In this document: positions 38,322 through 49,090 of the stretch, one piece after another | Layout: the number at the start of each line of letters is the position of its first letter | How positions within the stretch are numbered: position 1 is the stretch's first letter | Source: Candidatus Melainabacteria bacterium 17Bon1m | GTDB taxonomy: Bacteria; Cyanobacteriota; Vampirovibrionia; Obscuribacterales; Obscuribacteraceae | DNA: 64,000 nt | Direction of reading: 5' to 3' | Assembly (NCBI GenBank): GCA_032128875.1 | Contig: JAVLKG010000005.1 | Span: 192,001-256,000, forward strand | Program-made: the position numbers and the translations under genes | Notes under the pieces: generated by a model | Seen by the model: only the letters and a program-made list of their open reading frames with translations | The model's database searches: none | Told to the model about the DNA's origin: nothing

Positions 38322-38993
38322 ATGGACGAAAAGATAAAGGTCTTGCTAGTTGAAGACCATCCGCACATGCGCAAATCATTGAGGCGGCTTCTTGAAAGCG
38401 ATACTGCGATTAGTATTATCGGAGAAGCTTGCGATGGGCGCGAAGGCGTCGATATGTGCGTAAAGCTGAAGCCGGATGTCGTCCTTCTCGATGTGGGTTT
38501 GCCGGTTATGGACGGCATCGAGGCGTGCAGAATGATGCGCGAGAAGAATCCGGCAGTGAAGATAATTATGCTCACTTCGCACAACAACGAGCGCGATATT
38601 TTTGCATCTCTGGCAGCTGGTGCCAATGGCTACTGTTTGAAAGACAGCGACTTTCGAAAGTTTCCCCAGATCGTACAAACAGTCAAAGGCGGCGACCTTT
38701 GGCTGGACGCTGTAATTGCTGCAAAAGTGTTGAAAGTTTTGCCGACAACGGCTTCGACTTTGATCTCGCAGAAGCTGTCGGCTGAACAGCAGATAGTCTA
38801 TGAGCCCCTGTCAAAGCGAGAAGTAGAAGTTTTAGAACTGCTGGTAGATGGTTTGTCTAACTCGGACATCGCAGCGCGAATGGGCATAGGAATCGAAACC
38901 GTAAAGACTCACATTAAGAGTATTCTTGGAAAATTGGCGGTGAGCGATCGCACCCAAGCCGCTATCAAGGCGCTGCGCGCTGGAATTATCTAG
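38322..38993 (+). CDS. NarL/LuxR-family response regulator
   Basis: LLVEDH, VVLLDVGLPVMDG, LSKREVEVL, TVKTHIKSILGKL. Confidence 0.95.
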   Translation: MDEKIKVLLVEDHPHMRKSLRRLLESDTAISIIGEACDGREGVDMCVKLKPDVVLLDVGLPVMDGIEACRMMREKNPAVKIIMLTSHNNERDIFASLAAGANGYCLKDSDFRKFPQIVQTVKGGDLWLDAVIAAKVLKVLPTTASTLISQKLSAEQQIVYEPLSKREVEVLELLVDGLSNSDIAARMGIGIETVKTHIKSILGKLAVSDRTQAAIKALRAGII

Positions 38994-38997
38994 AGTC

Positions 38998-40791
38998 CTA
39001 TTTCGTTTCAAAAGGAAGTCTAACTATGAACGAACTTCCTTTGCCCAGCTCGGTTTCCACAGCGATTTCGCCGCCCAGTAGTCGCACGATTTCATTGCAT
39101 AGATAAAGCCCCAAACCGCTGCTGCCGTAGCTTGCGCGGGTGCGATCACCTTTCACAAAACGGCGGAAAATCTTCTCTCGGTCTTCTTCTGTCAGCCCCG
39201 GCCCCTGGTCTGTGACGCATACGTTGACGAAGTTGTTGTCGACACTTGCACTCACAACGACTTTTGTATTGGCCGGTGAAATTTTTACCGCGTTGGTGCA
39301 GAGATTTGAGACGAGATGAACGATCGCTGTTCTATCTGCTCTGACAGCGATGTTCGTGCCGTTCAAATCATTGACGAGTTCAACATTGTGGTGTTGTGCA
39401 AGCGGGCGAACCACGTCGATGCTTTCTTTGATGGCTGGCGCGAGATCGACGTTTTCAAAGCTGAGCACTTCTACGCCGTCGTCGTATCGGGAAAATTCCA
39501 GCAGTTGTTTGACCATGGTTAGAACGTCTTCGATGCTCTCCCTAATTTCTTCAAGCATCTCTTCGTCTTTGTTCTTTTGCTTTTCTGCCTCGAAAAGCAA
39601 CGCCTCAACTGTGTAATTGCAGGCGATCAGTGGCGTTTTCAAATCGTGCGCGATTGTTTCCAACAAAAGTTCTTTCTGCCGAGAAAGACGAACTTCATCC
39701 GTAACGTCTCGGAGCAAGAGGATGAAACCTTTTAGCTCACTGCCTTCTGTTACGGCCCAGCTGGTTGTATCGAAGAGATGTTCTTCTTTGCTTGAAGGGC
39801 GCCTGATACTGAGGGCGGTGCGTTTCTTTGGCCCGGAGGAATCATCTGTTTGTCTCAGTCCCACCTCGCCAAGCTCGGGAAGCAGCAGTCCTATGCCTTT
39901 TCCCAGGAGCTCGGAGCCGCTGCTATGTAAGAAGTCCGCGATCATTGGATTGGCGTTGACTATCTGTAATTGTTCGTCCAATAAAATTATCCCAACGGGT
40001 GCATTCTCGGCGATTTCACGGCTAATGCGTTTTGCTGATTCTGCCGATGCTTGCACGAGTCGAATATGTCGCCTGATGATAAACATCAGAAGCGCAAAGA
40101 GTACGGCGAGGAAAACCGCGAGGGCTATGAAAACATTGGCCGCCGACTTCGCATCGCTTTCAGACTTGAGGGCTCTGGCTTTTACTATTCGCTGCTGTTC
40201 GAGCTCGATGTAGACTACTCGGCTGCGGATTTGCTGAACTATCTCGAAGCCTTTTTTCGCCGCGAGCTTTGCCGCGCTTTCGTCCAAATCACCCTTGCCT
40301 CGGCTGGCAATGGCAGTGTCATAATGCCGCTCTAACGTCGACATCAGCCATTCCAGATATGAGATATGGTGCGCTCGCCTGCTGTCTGTATCACTCAGAT
40401 TTTTTGTGTTGCGCATGTGCGGCGCCAATTGTTTTGTGGCGCGCTTGTAGTGCTCAAGATTCTCTTCGCTCGGTCGTTTTAGATACTCCACGGCCTGTGC
40501 CTGGACATCTTTCACTACCAGAAAGAGAGATTCCAAAGTCGCCAGCAGCTCGAGCGATCGTTCCGCGGCGCGCTCGCCTTCAATCGCTTTGAACGAATTG
40601 TGATACGCGGAAGCAGAAGTTAGAGCGACCAGAATAATTGCTGTGACAAGACCCGCAGCAAGAATTCCTTCCGCCGACCAGAACGATTTATGCGGCGATT
40701 GAAAGCTATCGGATTTCGCCCTTTGTGGGAGATTGCCGTCCGGCAAAATCAATGGTTTTGCAGCGTCGCTCGAATTGCTGTTTGTGACCAC
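38998..40791 (-). CDS. Membrane CHASE3-like/PAS sensor histidine kinase
   Basis: Two TM helices flanking a helical sensor, PAS, HDLKTPL, NLCTNAVK, DQGPG, SSGLGLY. Confidence 0.92.
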   Translation of the reverse strand: MVTNSNSSDAAKPLILPDGNLPQRAKSDSFQSPHKSFWSAEGILAAGLVTAIILVALTSASAYHNSFKAIEGERAAERSLELLATLESLFLVVKDVQAQAVEYLKRPSEENLEHYKRATKQLAPHMRNTKNLSDTDSRRAHHISYLEWLMSTLERHYDTAIASRGKGDLDESAAKLAAKKGFEIVQQIRSRVVYIELEQQRIVKARALKSESDAKSAANVFIALAVFLAVLFALLMFIIRRHIRLVQASAESAKRISREIAENAPVGIILLDEQLQIVNANPMIADFLHSSGSELLGKGIGLLLPELGEVGLRQTDDSSGPKKRTALSIRRPSSKEEHLFDTTSWAVTEGSELKGFILLLRDVTDEVRLSRQKELLLETIAHDLKTPLIACNYTVEALLFEAEKQKNKDEEMLEEIRESIEDVLTMVKQLLEFSRYDDGVEVLSFENVDLAPAIKESIDVVRPLAQHHNVELVNDLNGTNIAVRADRTAIVHLVSNLCTNAVKISPANTKVVVSASVDNNFVNVCVTDQGPGLTEEDREKIFRRFVKGDRTRASYGSSGLGLYLCNEIVRLLGGEIAVETELGKGSSFIVRLPFETK

Positions 40792-40881
40792 GGCTCGGCG
40801 CGTCTAGACTGGTGAGGGTACACATCAATGATAGTCGGTTCTCAGGACATTTTCGCCGACAATTCAAAAATGCAAATACTG

Positions 40882-40935
40882 AAAATAAAACGCGGCCACG
40901 AAGCGAGGTGGGCATCTCACTTCGTGACGCGCGTT
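40882..40935 (-). terminator. Long hairpin with T-tract on minus strand
   Basis: CACGAAGCGAGGT/ATCTCACTTCGTG stem next to AAAATAAAA. Confidence 0.6.
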
Positions 40936-41236
40936 GTCTTTGGAATCTCAGCGACCTCGCGAGGCATCCAAGAATGCCAATCTCCGAAATTCCTTTTTCT
41001 TTCAATCCCAAACCCTAATTGGGTGGCCAGTCAGTCCGTTCGCTAGATATGAGCGCGAGAGTTGAGTCCCGCGCCCTATCTTGCGGCGAATTCTTGCGGG
41101 GGGTCCTTTGGATGACCTCTGGCTACTCTCAATTTACGTGGTGAATCGAGAGTGCATACCCCTCGTGCGAGGGAGTGGCGGAAATATTTTAAAGAGCCCA
41201 CAGGCGAAGCGATCAGGCTGTTTGTCCGATATCGAC

Positions 41237-42538
41237 CTAAGGACTCTGAGAGACTTCTGTGGCACTTTTGCTGGCAGTGTCCTGATAAAGTGCTACGTTG
41301 CCCGTGACTATGGCGCGCCTATAAAGTTCGAGCATTATCAGGACAAAGACAATTGGAATTGCGAATGTTTTCTTGGTCACGAGCAATACAGCATAGGTAT
41401 TGATGATTAGCCAGGTGGCATAGGTGAGTGACCGGATACGCCACTCCAAATACTCCGGCCACTTGAAGGCGCAGGCAATAAAGCCGGCAGCGGCAAAGAT
41501 GGTGAAGTCATAAAAGAAAACATGCGGGACCACCATAGGGGTGGCAAATATACAGATGATTGCTGCCAGTGAAACTTTGAATGAATCTGGTAATGGTGAC
41601 CTTAGCAAGCGACAGACAAAAAACAATCCAATGCCGCCAAGAATGGCTGAAAGAGCGTACACGAGCGGTTTGAATACTGCATGTTGCGCAACCGGCAACA
41701 TGAGAATAATTGCGCGTGGAAGGCTGGTGGCGAGCTGTGTGTTTACCCCGTATTTTGTGTCGGAATAGACTGCATCGGCGAGTTTGAGCGTCGATAACCA
41801 TTCGCGAAAAAGGTCAGGGGAAAAAAGTACAAGATTGATCGCGATAACACCGGCGATACCACATGCGATACCGAATATTGGTTTGAAGCGTTTAGCGCTT
41901 GCCAGCCCGAGCGTCATCATAACTGCCGGAATGAAGAATTGTGGTTTTAAAACTGCAAGCGACCACATCAAACCACCGAGAAAATCCTTGCGCTTGTAGA
42001 CGAAGTAAATTCCGCCCACAAGCGGCAAAAGTCCGTATATGGCGCTCAGTTGCCCGATCCAAATTGAAAGTGCAAGCGGAATCAAAGTCAGTGATATCCA
42101 GCCTGCAGCAATGTCCAGGTTGCTTGACTCTTCGGTCTGGGATGCGTGGGACGAAATGAGAAACGCTGAATACGCTACCGCAACCAGCGAAAGAATCTGC
42201 CAAGCCAGTATCGAATAGCCGAGTGGCAGAAAGCTGAAGGGGACGAAAAGCCCGGCTATTAGCGGCATGTACATGTACTCCGCAGTGGCGCGAGCTGGCA
42301 AAAGAGGTAAGACTCTGTGTGCCGCTTTGTCGAACTCAGTATCAATGAAAGAAGTCGAACCAGCCGGTGGGTACAGCATGCGAGCGTTGCCCTCGCGCAC
42401 TAGTTGCCCCGCTGTGTGATAGGTCATCAAATAATCCGAATTGGAGACTTCTTTCGGCATTTGTAAGTCGGTATATATGAAGAGCATGACGAGGATAAAA
42501 CCCCATGCAGCTGCGATTAACGAAAGATATCTCTTCAT
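41237..42538 (-). CDS. GT87-like (DUF2029) multi-TM glycosyltransferase
   Basis: DYLMTY..G, YMYMP...LFVPFSFLP, IWIGQ, LKPQ, PHVFFYD. Confidence 0.85.
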   Translation of the reverse strand: MKRYLSLIAAAWGFILVMLFIYTDLQMPKEVSNSDYLMTYHTAGQLVREGNARMLYPPAGSTSFIDTEFDKAAHRVLPLLPARATAEYMYMPLIAGLFVPFSFLPLGYSILAWQILSLVAVAYSAFLISSHASQTEESSNLDIAAGWISLTLIPLALSIWIGQLSAIYGLLPLVGGIYFVYKRKDFLGGLMWSLAVLKPQFFIPAVMMTLGLASAKRFKPIFGIACGIAGVIAINLVLFSPDLFREWLSTLKLADAVYSDTKYGVNTQLATSLPRAIILMLPVAQHAVFKPLVYALSAILGGIGLFFVCRLLRSPLPDSFKVSLAAIICIFATPMVVPHVFFYDFTIFAAAGFIACAFKWPEYLEWRIRSLTYATWLIINTYAVLLVTKKTFAIPIVFVLIMLELYRRAIVTGNVALYQDTASKSATEVSQSP

Positions 42539-43812
42539 TTTGAGTGCCTTTCTTTCTTGGTACTCAGCATGTCCATGACGCGGCTTATAGCTTTCACTCC
42601 TCGCCTAAATGGTCGGGCTTTGGCAAGTTCTTGATTATCCCTAATGAGCTTATCGTAGTTTTCTTGCAGCAAATTGTAGTGATGAAGCGCATTTGCCAGT
42701 GCTTCCTTCATCGTGGCGAATTCCTCATCAACATGCCGCCTGTAGCGCGCTGCGTCTTCCAATTGCCAAACTCGCTCACATTCTCTACGTAGCATTCGTC
42801 TGATTGCTTTCTCGATTCGCGGATCAAGAGGCATCATTAGTGCTTCTTCGTAAGTCTCTCGCCAGGTAACATGATTTACCTGGTCGAGCGCCTCCCAGAC
42901 CTGAATGTTTTGGTCGAAAACCGTGAAACTATCAAGTTTTCCCAATATGTGCAGATCCAACAATGTGCGCACACACTTCTCACATTTTCCGCAATTTCGA
43001 TTTTTCTCCTGCTTGTTGAAGCAAACAAACAGGTTTTCTTGGGCAACGGGCCAGTCAGCAATTGCTTTTACTCGTTCTCGACGTTTTAGCTCCGTGTGTG
43101 GTTGATGAATTTTGACTTTCTTCGAAGAGAAGAGTGGATCAAGCAAATAATGTCCACCATAAACCACTGGACTGTCTTTGTGGAATGAGGGCGAAACTGT
43201 GAGCGAACTGATGTGTTGCGACAAGAGATGCCCCAAACTAGCCAGCAAACCGGAAAATGTGTCGATCAGTTTGTGTGTCTTGTAGCTTGGATGCTGAAAA
43301 ACATTGTTTCTTATAGTGACCGGTCGAGCATTCACAGCATTGGCCACGCGCACCAGTCGAGTGCGGGTAGCCTGATAAGTTTCTTCCGACGCGGCTGGTA
43401 AATCGAAAGGATGTGCGCTTACCAAAAACTCTGGAGAATCGCTTTTGTAGAGGGTGTGAAAGGTGTCGACGCCGCCGGAAAAGCAGACTGCGGATCCTGT
43501 TTTGTTAGAAACTTTGGTTTCGACCGTCTCTGCATGGACTTGTATTTTATGGGTTCCCCAATTTTCATTGAGGAAGTCGATGATAGAAAGCGCGTTTTCA
43601 TACCACGTTCGGCAGACTGGTTGCGTAAATCTCAGATTGCGCCCGCTTAGAATGCAAGGGATGAGCCATAGTGATCCAAAGGCTTCAATTGCCGGTTCTA
43701 GCTCTAAGTCTTCGCACTCGAAGCAAATGGACGCGCCATCAAAACTCGATGAAACCTTTGAGAGGGCTCCGACTTTCTCGTGTTTTAAATCGCCTATGAC
43801 AGCTTCATTCAT
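42535..43812 (-). CDS. PP-loop (adenine nucleotide alpha-hydrolase-like) protein with Cys cluster, paralog 2
   Basis: CFSGGVDT, LDPLFSS, LFVC...NCGKCEKCVRT, helical C-terminal extension. Confidence 0.8.
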   Translation of the reverse strand: MNEAVIGDLKHEKVGALSKVSSSFDGASICFECEDLELEPAIEAFGSLWLIPCILSGRNLRFTQPVCRTWYENALSIIDFLNENWGTHKIQVHAETVETKVSNKTGSAVCFSGGVDTFHTLYKSDSPEFLVSAHPFDLPAASEETYQATRTRLVRVANAVNARPVTIRNNVFQHPSYKTHKLIDTFSGLLASLGHLLSQHISSLTVSPSFHKDSPVVYGGHYLLDPLFSSKKVKIHQPHTELKRRERVKAIADWPVAQENLFVCFNKQEKNRNCGKCEKCVRTLLDLHILGKLDSFTVFDQNIQVWEALDQVNHVTWRETYEEALMMPLDPRIEKAIRRMLRRECERVWQLEDAARYRRHVDEEFATMKEALANALHHYNLLQENYDKLIRDNQELAKARPFRRGVKAISRVMDMLSTKKERHSK

Positions 43813-45130
43813 GCGAAGTGCCCTGATTCGTGCGCGAGTTGCGCAATTTTTTAGCGACTTTTCTCACGAATGTAATGCCTTTCTTTATCGGCAAATTCCC
43901 TACGATGGCGTCATAGTCAGCGGACAATCGACTGTGTTCCTCTTGTAAAAGTGAATAATGATGCAGCGCATTATCCAGACCTTCTTGAATCTTGGGAAAT
44001 TGGTCATCGACGTAGCGGCGCTGTTTCAATTGATCTTCGATTTTGCTCTGACATATGGCATTGCGCCGGAAGAGTCTTGTGATTGCTTCTTCGAGCTTGG
44101 GTTCTAGTGTTTTGTTTAGCACCTCTTCGAAAAACTTCGGCGCTTTGACTCTTGGCAGATTATCAACTCTCTCAATCAGTGAGACTTTTGTGTCAAACGT
44201 TTTGCAGTCTTTCAATTTCCCTGCCAACTCCAGTTCGACCATTGTCCGCACGCACTTCTCGCAGCAAGAACAATTGTACTTTTCAAAGCAAACATGCAAA
44301 TTGTCTTGCACAATCAGGTTGTCGGCAATTGCTTTCACTCGCTCAGACCGAAATGCCGTTGAATCTCCGTGAATAACTTGAAAGGAAGCTGACGACCAAA
44401 GTGGATCCAATTGCCAATTGCTTCCGGTGACTTCGTGATGGTCCTTATGCCACGAAGGAGCAATTGTGATTGATACCAGATGCGGTGGCAGCAGGTGTCC
44501 GGCCGCGGCGAGAAATGAGGAGTGGGTATCGCCAAGCCTGTGAGCGTTGAATGTGGGGTGTTTTTTCGCATTTGTTCGAATTGTAATCGGCTTTGACCCT
44601 ACTGCCTTTGCTACCTTTTCGAGCCTTTCTCTGGCGATTCTTGGTCGCTCTTCATCGCTGGGCACATCGAATGTTTCCAGAAAAACAAGAGATTCCGGCG
44701 GTGGATTGGTCAGCAGGGTGTAAAACGAGTCTGTGCCGCAAGTGAAGAAGAGTCCATTTCCCTTGCCCGGAAATACATCCATAGCGCCGGAAGCTGCATC
44801 TCTGGAAATTGCTTCGACTTCAGAAACCTCATCGACTGTCACCGGGTTGGCGATGATTTCTATGGGTTTTGTGCCCCAAAATCTGCCAAGAAAATCGATG
44901 ATTTTGTGCACGTTTTGATGCCAAGTAGCGCAAACCGGCTGGTCGATCTCGAGTTTGCGATTGGAAAGTAGCGCGGGAATCAGCCAGAGTGTGCCAAGAG
45001 CTTCGGCTGATGGTTTCAAATCGATATCGTCGGATTCAAACCAGAGTTCGATTCCGTCTATTTCCGTCCAGACACGTGATGTTGTGCCTGTTTTGCTATG
45101 TTGAAACGCCTTCGCGCGCAGGTTGCTCAT
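43805..45130 (-). CDS. PP-loop-like protein with Cys cluster, paralog 1
   Basis: FFTCGTDS, LDPLWSS, LHVC..NCSCCEKCVRT; clearly paralogous to the next gene. Start 45130 or 45181. Confidence 0.8.
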   Translation of the reverse strand: MSNLRAKAFQHSKTGTTSRVWTEIDGIELWFESDDIDLKPSAEALGTLWLIPALLSNRKLEIDQPVCATWHQNVHKIIDFLGRFWGTKPIEIIANPVTVDEVSEVEAISRDAASGAMDVFPGKGNGLFFTCGTDSFYTLLTNPPPESLVFLETFDVPSDEERPRIARERLEKVAKAVGSKPITIRTNAKKHPTFNAHRLGDTHSSFLAAAGHLLPPHLVSITIAPSWHKDHHEVTGSNWQLDPLWSSASFQVIHGDSTAFRSERVKAIADNLIVQDNLHVCFEKYNCSCCEKCVRTMVELELAGKLKDCKTFDTKVSLIERVDNLPRVKAPKFFEEVLNKTLEPKLEEAITRLFRRNAICQSKIEDQLKQRRYVDDQFPKIQEGLDNALHHYSLLQEEHSRLSADYDAIVGNLPIKKGITFVRKVAKKLRNSRTNQGTSHE

Positions 45131-45826
45131 GATTGCCAAACGTGGATACTCACCCGTCAGGTTGCGGGCATAGGATCTCATTTTCGTGCCCTGGATAAAT
45201 TAGGAAATCCTCGGTTAGCGCGGGTGGGCGATTCTTGACTGGGTTGGACTAATGACAAAACTATTCCAGTCGAAAGTCCGATATGGCAATTGCCAAGAAG
45301 AACTACCTGCGCGAAGTTGTGACATTGGGTTGAGGATGGATGTCGCGTGACAGCGAGAAGGTGGACGTTGAATCCGTGGTTCTCAAGTGCTTGTGTGAGC
45401 CTAGCTAAATATGTCACTGAATTGGTTTTTGACTCATGAACATTGCTTTGTACTTGATTACTGCTTTCTGCGTTTCATAACCTCTAAGGGTCCACTCTCC
45501 GCATTTTCTATTTCGAGGCAAGCTTTTAAAGCTCCTGAAAATCCCTGCCCTCCGGCAAATTCGGTTTTCTCTCACGCCTGATTCGAGGCGGGAAGTGACA
45601 CACTCAGTCTGGCGGTTACGCCTTGTCTGTGCGGCTTGCCGTTCATGTGTGTGAACGAGGTCGTGAAGTCGGTTTGCATACCGGCGCAATATCTTTAGCG
45701 AAATGACTACTGCCTTGTGCGTCACCTGGTTGCGCTCGAGGCAGTGGTCTTTTCCACCTATCAATTCTTCCAAGTATTTAGGCTCGCCCGATCTGGGGCG
45801 TGCCTCTTACCTATGAGGTAACACCA

Positions 45827-47209
45827 ATGTCTACTGCCCCTCAGCCGCCACCAAGATGGCGGCTTATTCTCAAGCGGACGTTCAAGTGGTCTGCGATTAG
45901 TGGCTTAATGGCGCTGGTAGTGATTCTCACGCTGGCGCTTCATGCCTTCAACTACTACGCCATCGATCCGGTCGTCACTCCTCGTGAGCTGTACCACCGG
46001 ACGTGGGAAACAGTGAGGGTGAATTACTACGATCAGGACAAGCTGCGCGATTGGGCGCAATGGGAACACAAGTACGACGACCAAATTCACACCGAGGAGG
46101 ATGCTCTTCGATTCGCTCGTGAGATGGTCTCGTCGCTCAACGATCCCCACACAATCCTGCATGAAAAGCAGGAAGTGCAAAACCTGATCACGGAGGCAGA
46201 AGGAAAGCAGGACATCATTGGCGTGGTCTTCAAGCCCGCCTATGATCGCTCCGGCACCGCTGTTCTCAATTCAAACGGTCTTCAGTTGCCGGAAGGCATC
46301 GACGCTTTTCCGACCATCGATCAGGTGGTGCGGGGAAGTTCGGCGCAGGAAGCCGGCATTAACCCAGGCGATGCCCTGGTTAGTGTCAACGGCAACTCGA
46401 CCTCGGGAATGGCTATTGCCGAACTGCAACGACTTCTTGCCGGTCAACCCGGAGAGGAGATCAACCTGGTCATCAGGCAGAACGGCGTGGACGTCCCGGT
46501 CAAGGTGACGCGCAGGGAAGTGCAACGACCGATTGTGTCGGTTCAGCGACTGCCCGGCGACATTGCCTACATCCGGGTGGAGAGCTTCTTCCAGCTCGAC
46601 CAGGCCGACCAATTGCAGGCCGCGCTCGAACAGGTGCAAGATTGCAAGGGCTATATCATCGACCTGCGCGACAACGGTGGTGGATTCATCCACTCCGCGG
46701 TCGAGTCGGCTGCGATGTTCATGGACTCCGGCACCATCTCCACCATTCAGTTTCACAGCCCGGCTGGCGTTCTCAACGCTCGTGCCTCCGTGACTCCAGA
46801 CCACCTTTGGGTCAACGTTAACGGAGTTTCCATCCCGTGGAAGCGTCGACCCAACCTGGTGGGCAATAAGCCGGTCGTCGTGCTCGTCAATTTCGACACT
46901 GCCAGTGCCTCTGAGCTGTTTACTTCGGCTCTGCAGGACAACGGGCGTATACATGTCATTGGCGTCCGCACCTACGGCAAGGGCATCGGGCAGACGCTGA
47001 TTCCCGTCGGCAATGGACATCGCCTGCGCGTCACCAACATCGTTGGACACACGCCTTCCGGCCGGTGGCTGGGGGACGCGGGGATTTCCGTGCGCTACGG
47101 CATTACTCCGGACACGGAAGTGACTGCCCCGCGCAATCTGCTCATCGGTTCTCGCAACGACAATCAGTTGCAGGCTGCCGAAGAGTACGTCCGAAAACAG
47201 ATTCCGTAG
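45827..47209 (+). CDS. Carboxy-terminal processing protease (S41) with PDZ domain
   Basis: LNDPHT, PDZ (SSAQEAGINPGD), IDLRDNGGG, TASASE, TYGKG, GITPD. Confidence 0.93.
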   Translation: MSTAPQPPPRWRLILKRTFKWSAISGLMALVVILTLALHAFNYYAIDPVVTPRELYHRTWETVRVNYYDQDKLRDWAQWEHKYDDQIHTEEDALRFAREMVSSLNDPHTILHEKQEVQNLITEAEGKQDIIGVVFKPAYDRSGTAVLNSNGLQLPEGIDAFPTIDQVVRGSSAQEAGINPGDALVSVNGNSTSGMAIAELQRLLAGQPGEEINLVIRQNGVDVPVKVTRREVQRPIVSVQRLPGDIAYIRVESFFQLDQADQLQAALEQVQDCKGYIIDLRDNGGGFIHSAVESAAMFMDSGTISTIQFHSPAGVLNARASVTPDHLWVNVNGVSIPWKRRPNLVGNKPVVVLVNFDTASASELFTSALQDNGRIHVIGVRTYGKGIGQTLIPVGNGHRLRVTNIVGHTPSGRWLGDAGISVRYGITPDTEVTAPRNLLIGSRNDNQLQAAEEYVRKQIP

Positions 47210-47470
47210 GCACGCCTGTGAGACGGAGCGGCAAGGGTAGAGGCTTTCGCCGAAACTCGGCCGCTCCGTTTCGCGTATGTGCATCAACAGGCGGACAAGT
47301 AGCATAGAAACTTTCTAGTGATGGATGCTGAAACGTTCATTACTTGCGGTTCTCCGTGCTACTTGTTTTGTGGCTTTTGTTGCTATGCCGTGTAGTAGGG
47401 TTCGAAGTGGTCCAATGTTGTGGCTATTGCGCCCGTTTTGCTGGCTTTCGATATCTGTGGATGCGGTGAT

Positions 47471-47498
47471 GGGAACTCCGGACACTCGTTTGCGTCAC
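47471..47498 (+). promoter_or_regulatory. ECF sigma-type promoter
   Basis: GGGAAC-N17-GTCAC, 50 nt before the start codon. Confidence 0.7.
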
Positions 47499-47547
47499 AT
47501 CGGTGTGCTTGCAAGGCGAGCCAATTATGGAAACGGAGGAAAGGTAA

Positions 47548-47937
47548 ATGAGGATTTTGATCAGGCTCGGCTTAATGGCTCTCGCATTCGCCTTTATATT
47601 GCCGCAAATTCATGGCATCAGTTTCCACGGAAACTTTGCAATCGCCCTTGTACTGTCACTTCTATTTGGATTGGTTCTCTGGTTGGTTGAGATTTCCGTT
47701 ATCGCGCTTTCTGCAGTGTTGACCGTAACATCCCTCGGACTGGCGCTTCTGTGGCTGATTCCCGCGTGGATTTTGGGCTTCTGGTTGTTGCCTGCCTTTG
47801 CCATGATGATCACTGCGGATTTCGTGCCACAGTATTTGACTGTTAACGGTTTTGTTCCAGCCGCTCTTGCTGGTCTTGTGATGCTGGCCATCAGCTTCCT
47901 GACCAAGGATGAAGGCTGGACGCGAAGAGAAGTTTAG
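47548..47937 (+). CDS. YvlD-like 4-TM membrane protein ('phage holin' family)
   Basis: ILPQIHGISF, LTVTSLGL, ADFVPQYLTVNGFVPAALAGL; GGAGG RBS. Confidence 0.8.
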   Translation: MRILIRLGLMALAFAFILPQIHGISFHGNFAIALVLSLLFGLVLWLVEISVIALSAVLTVTSLGLALLWLIPAWILGFWLLPAFAMMITADFVPQYLTVNGFVPAALAGLVMLAISFLTKDEGWTRREV

Positions 47938-48632
47938 GCTCTGAATGGTTTTGCGCAGCAGAAAATCTGCTCCATAGAAAAACGAAGAGCAACAAAAAGT
48001 GTCTCTGGGTGACTCCTGGACAAAGCAAAGGCGGCGCACTGCGTCGCCTTTGTCGATTTACGAGGTGCTTCACGAGATGCACCACTTGCGGTGCGGTCCA
48101 ACAATGTCGTGAGCTGCGCATTGTGAGCAGTGCTTTGTGAGTTGCGCTTTAGGTGTAGATGCGCCTTGCAAAGCTGAGCGAGCATGATTTTGCCGATTTT
48201 GGCTCATCTGCCGTTTCTATGAGCTTGTGATAAAGATCGCTCGCTGCGCCTGAGCCTCGCAAACGCTTACTAGATTTGTCTTTGCGCTATGTTGACAGAT
48301 GTGAACGGTAAGCGCGGATACAAAACTTTGCTGCAATTAGTACGTAGAAACGCTTATTTATAAAACACACTTCTCCTTCCTCCGATTACTTGCATTAAAG
48401 CCCTTTAGAAAACCAATTCATGAGCTTTTGCTAACAACCTGATGAGAGTTCCTCTCTCTCGATGTTGGCCAAACTTTGAACTTGGTGGCTGATTTGCTAT
48501 GCAAGCTGTTTGCGCAGTTTGCGATGGTCGTGGAAATGGAGGTGTGAGTCCGGCGCTTCTTTAGGCTTTCAAGTTTGGTTTGCGCCGCCCTGAAACACAA
48601 TTGGAAACGCTGTTTCCAGGTAGGAGACATGC

Positions 48633-49034
48633 ATGAAACAGGAACTCGACGATGCACTCGTTCGTGATTTCCCGAATCTCTATGCCGACCGTAAATCCGA
48701 CAAAAGCCCTTTCTACTGGGGCTTCGAGTGCGGCGACGGTTGGGAACCTCTGATTCGCAAGCTCTCCGCGGAAATCGAGGCGATCATCGTCGCGATGCCC
48801 GAGAAGGAGCGCAAGAAGTATAGAGTCAAGCAGGTGAAGGAGAAATTCGGCACTCTGCGGTTCTACATGGGCATTGCCCACGACGGCATTCGTGCTGCAA
48901 TTGATCGGGCTGAGCAGGAGAGCGCGGTGACGTGCGAATGCTGCGGCAAGCCAGGATCTTCCGGCAGCGTCGGCGGTTGGCTCAGTGTGCTTTGCGATGA
49001 GCATCGGGCGGAGCGCCAGAAGAGGAAGCGCTAG
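48633..49034 (+). CDS. Hypothetical protein of a family often seen in phages, Cys motif
   Basis: GFECGDGW..LI, QVKEKFGTLRFY, TCECCGKPG, LCDEH; AGGAG RBS. Confidence 0.85.
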   Translation: MKQELDDALVRDFPNLYADRKSDKSPFYWGFECGDGWEPLIRKLSAEIEAIIVAMPEKERKKYRVKQVKEKFGTLRFYMGIAHDGIRAAIDRAEQESAVTCECCGKPGSSGSVGGWLSVLCDEHRAERQKRKR

Positions 49035-49090
49035 CTCAATTTTCGTGCTGATTGTCTTGCGAATGACCATCTTTCCAGCAAGAGATCAAC

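Noticed and set aside
47548-49034. Prophage suggested by a 'holin' and a phage-type gene
   Set aside because: YvlD-like proteins are common chromosomal stress proteins; no integrase, terminase or structural genes.
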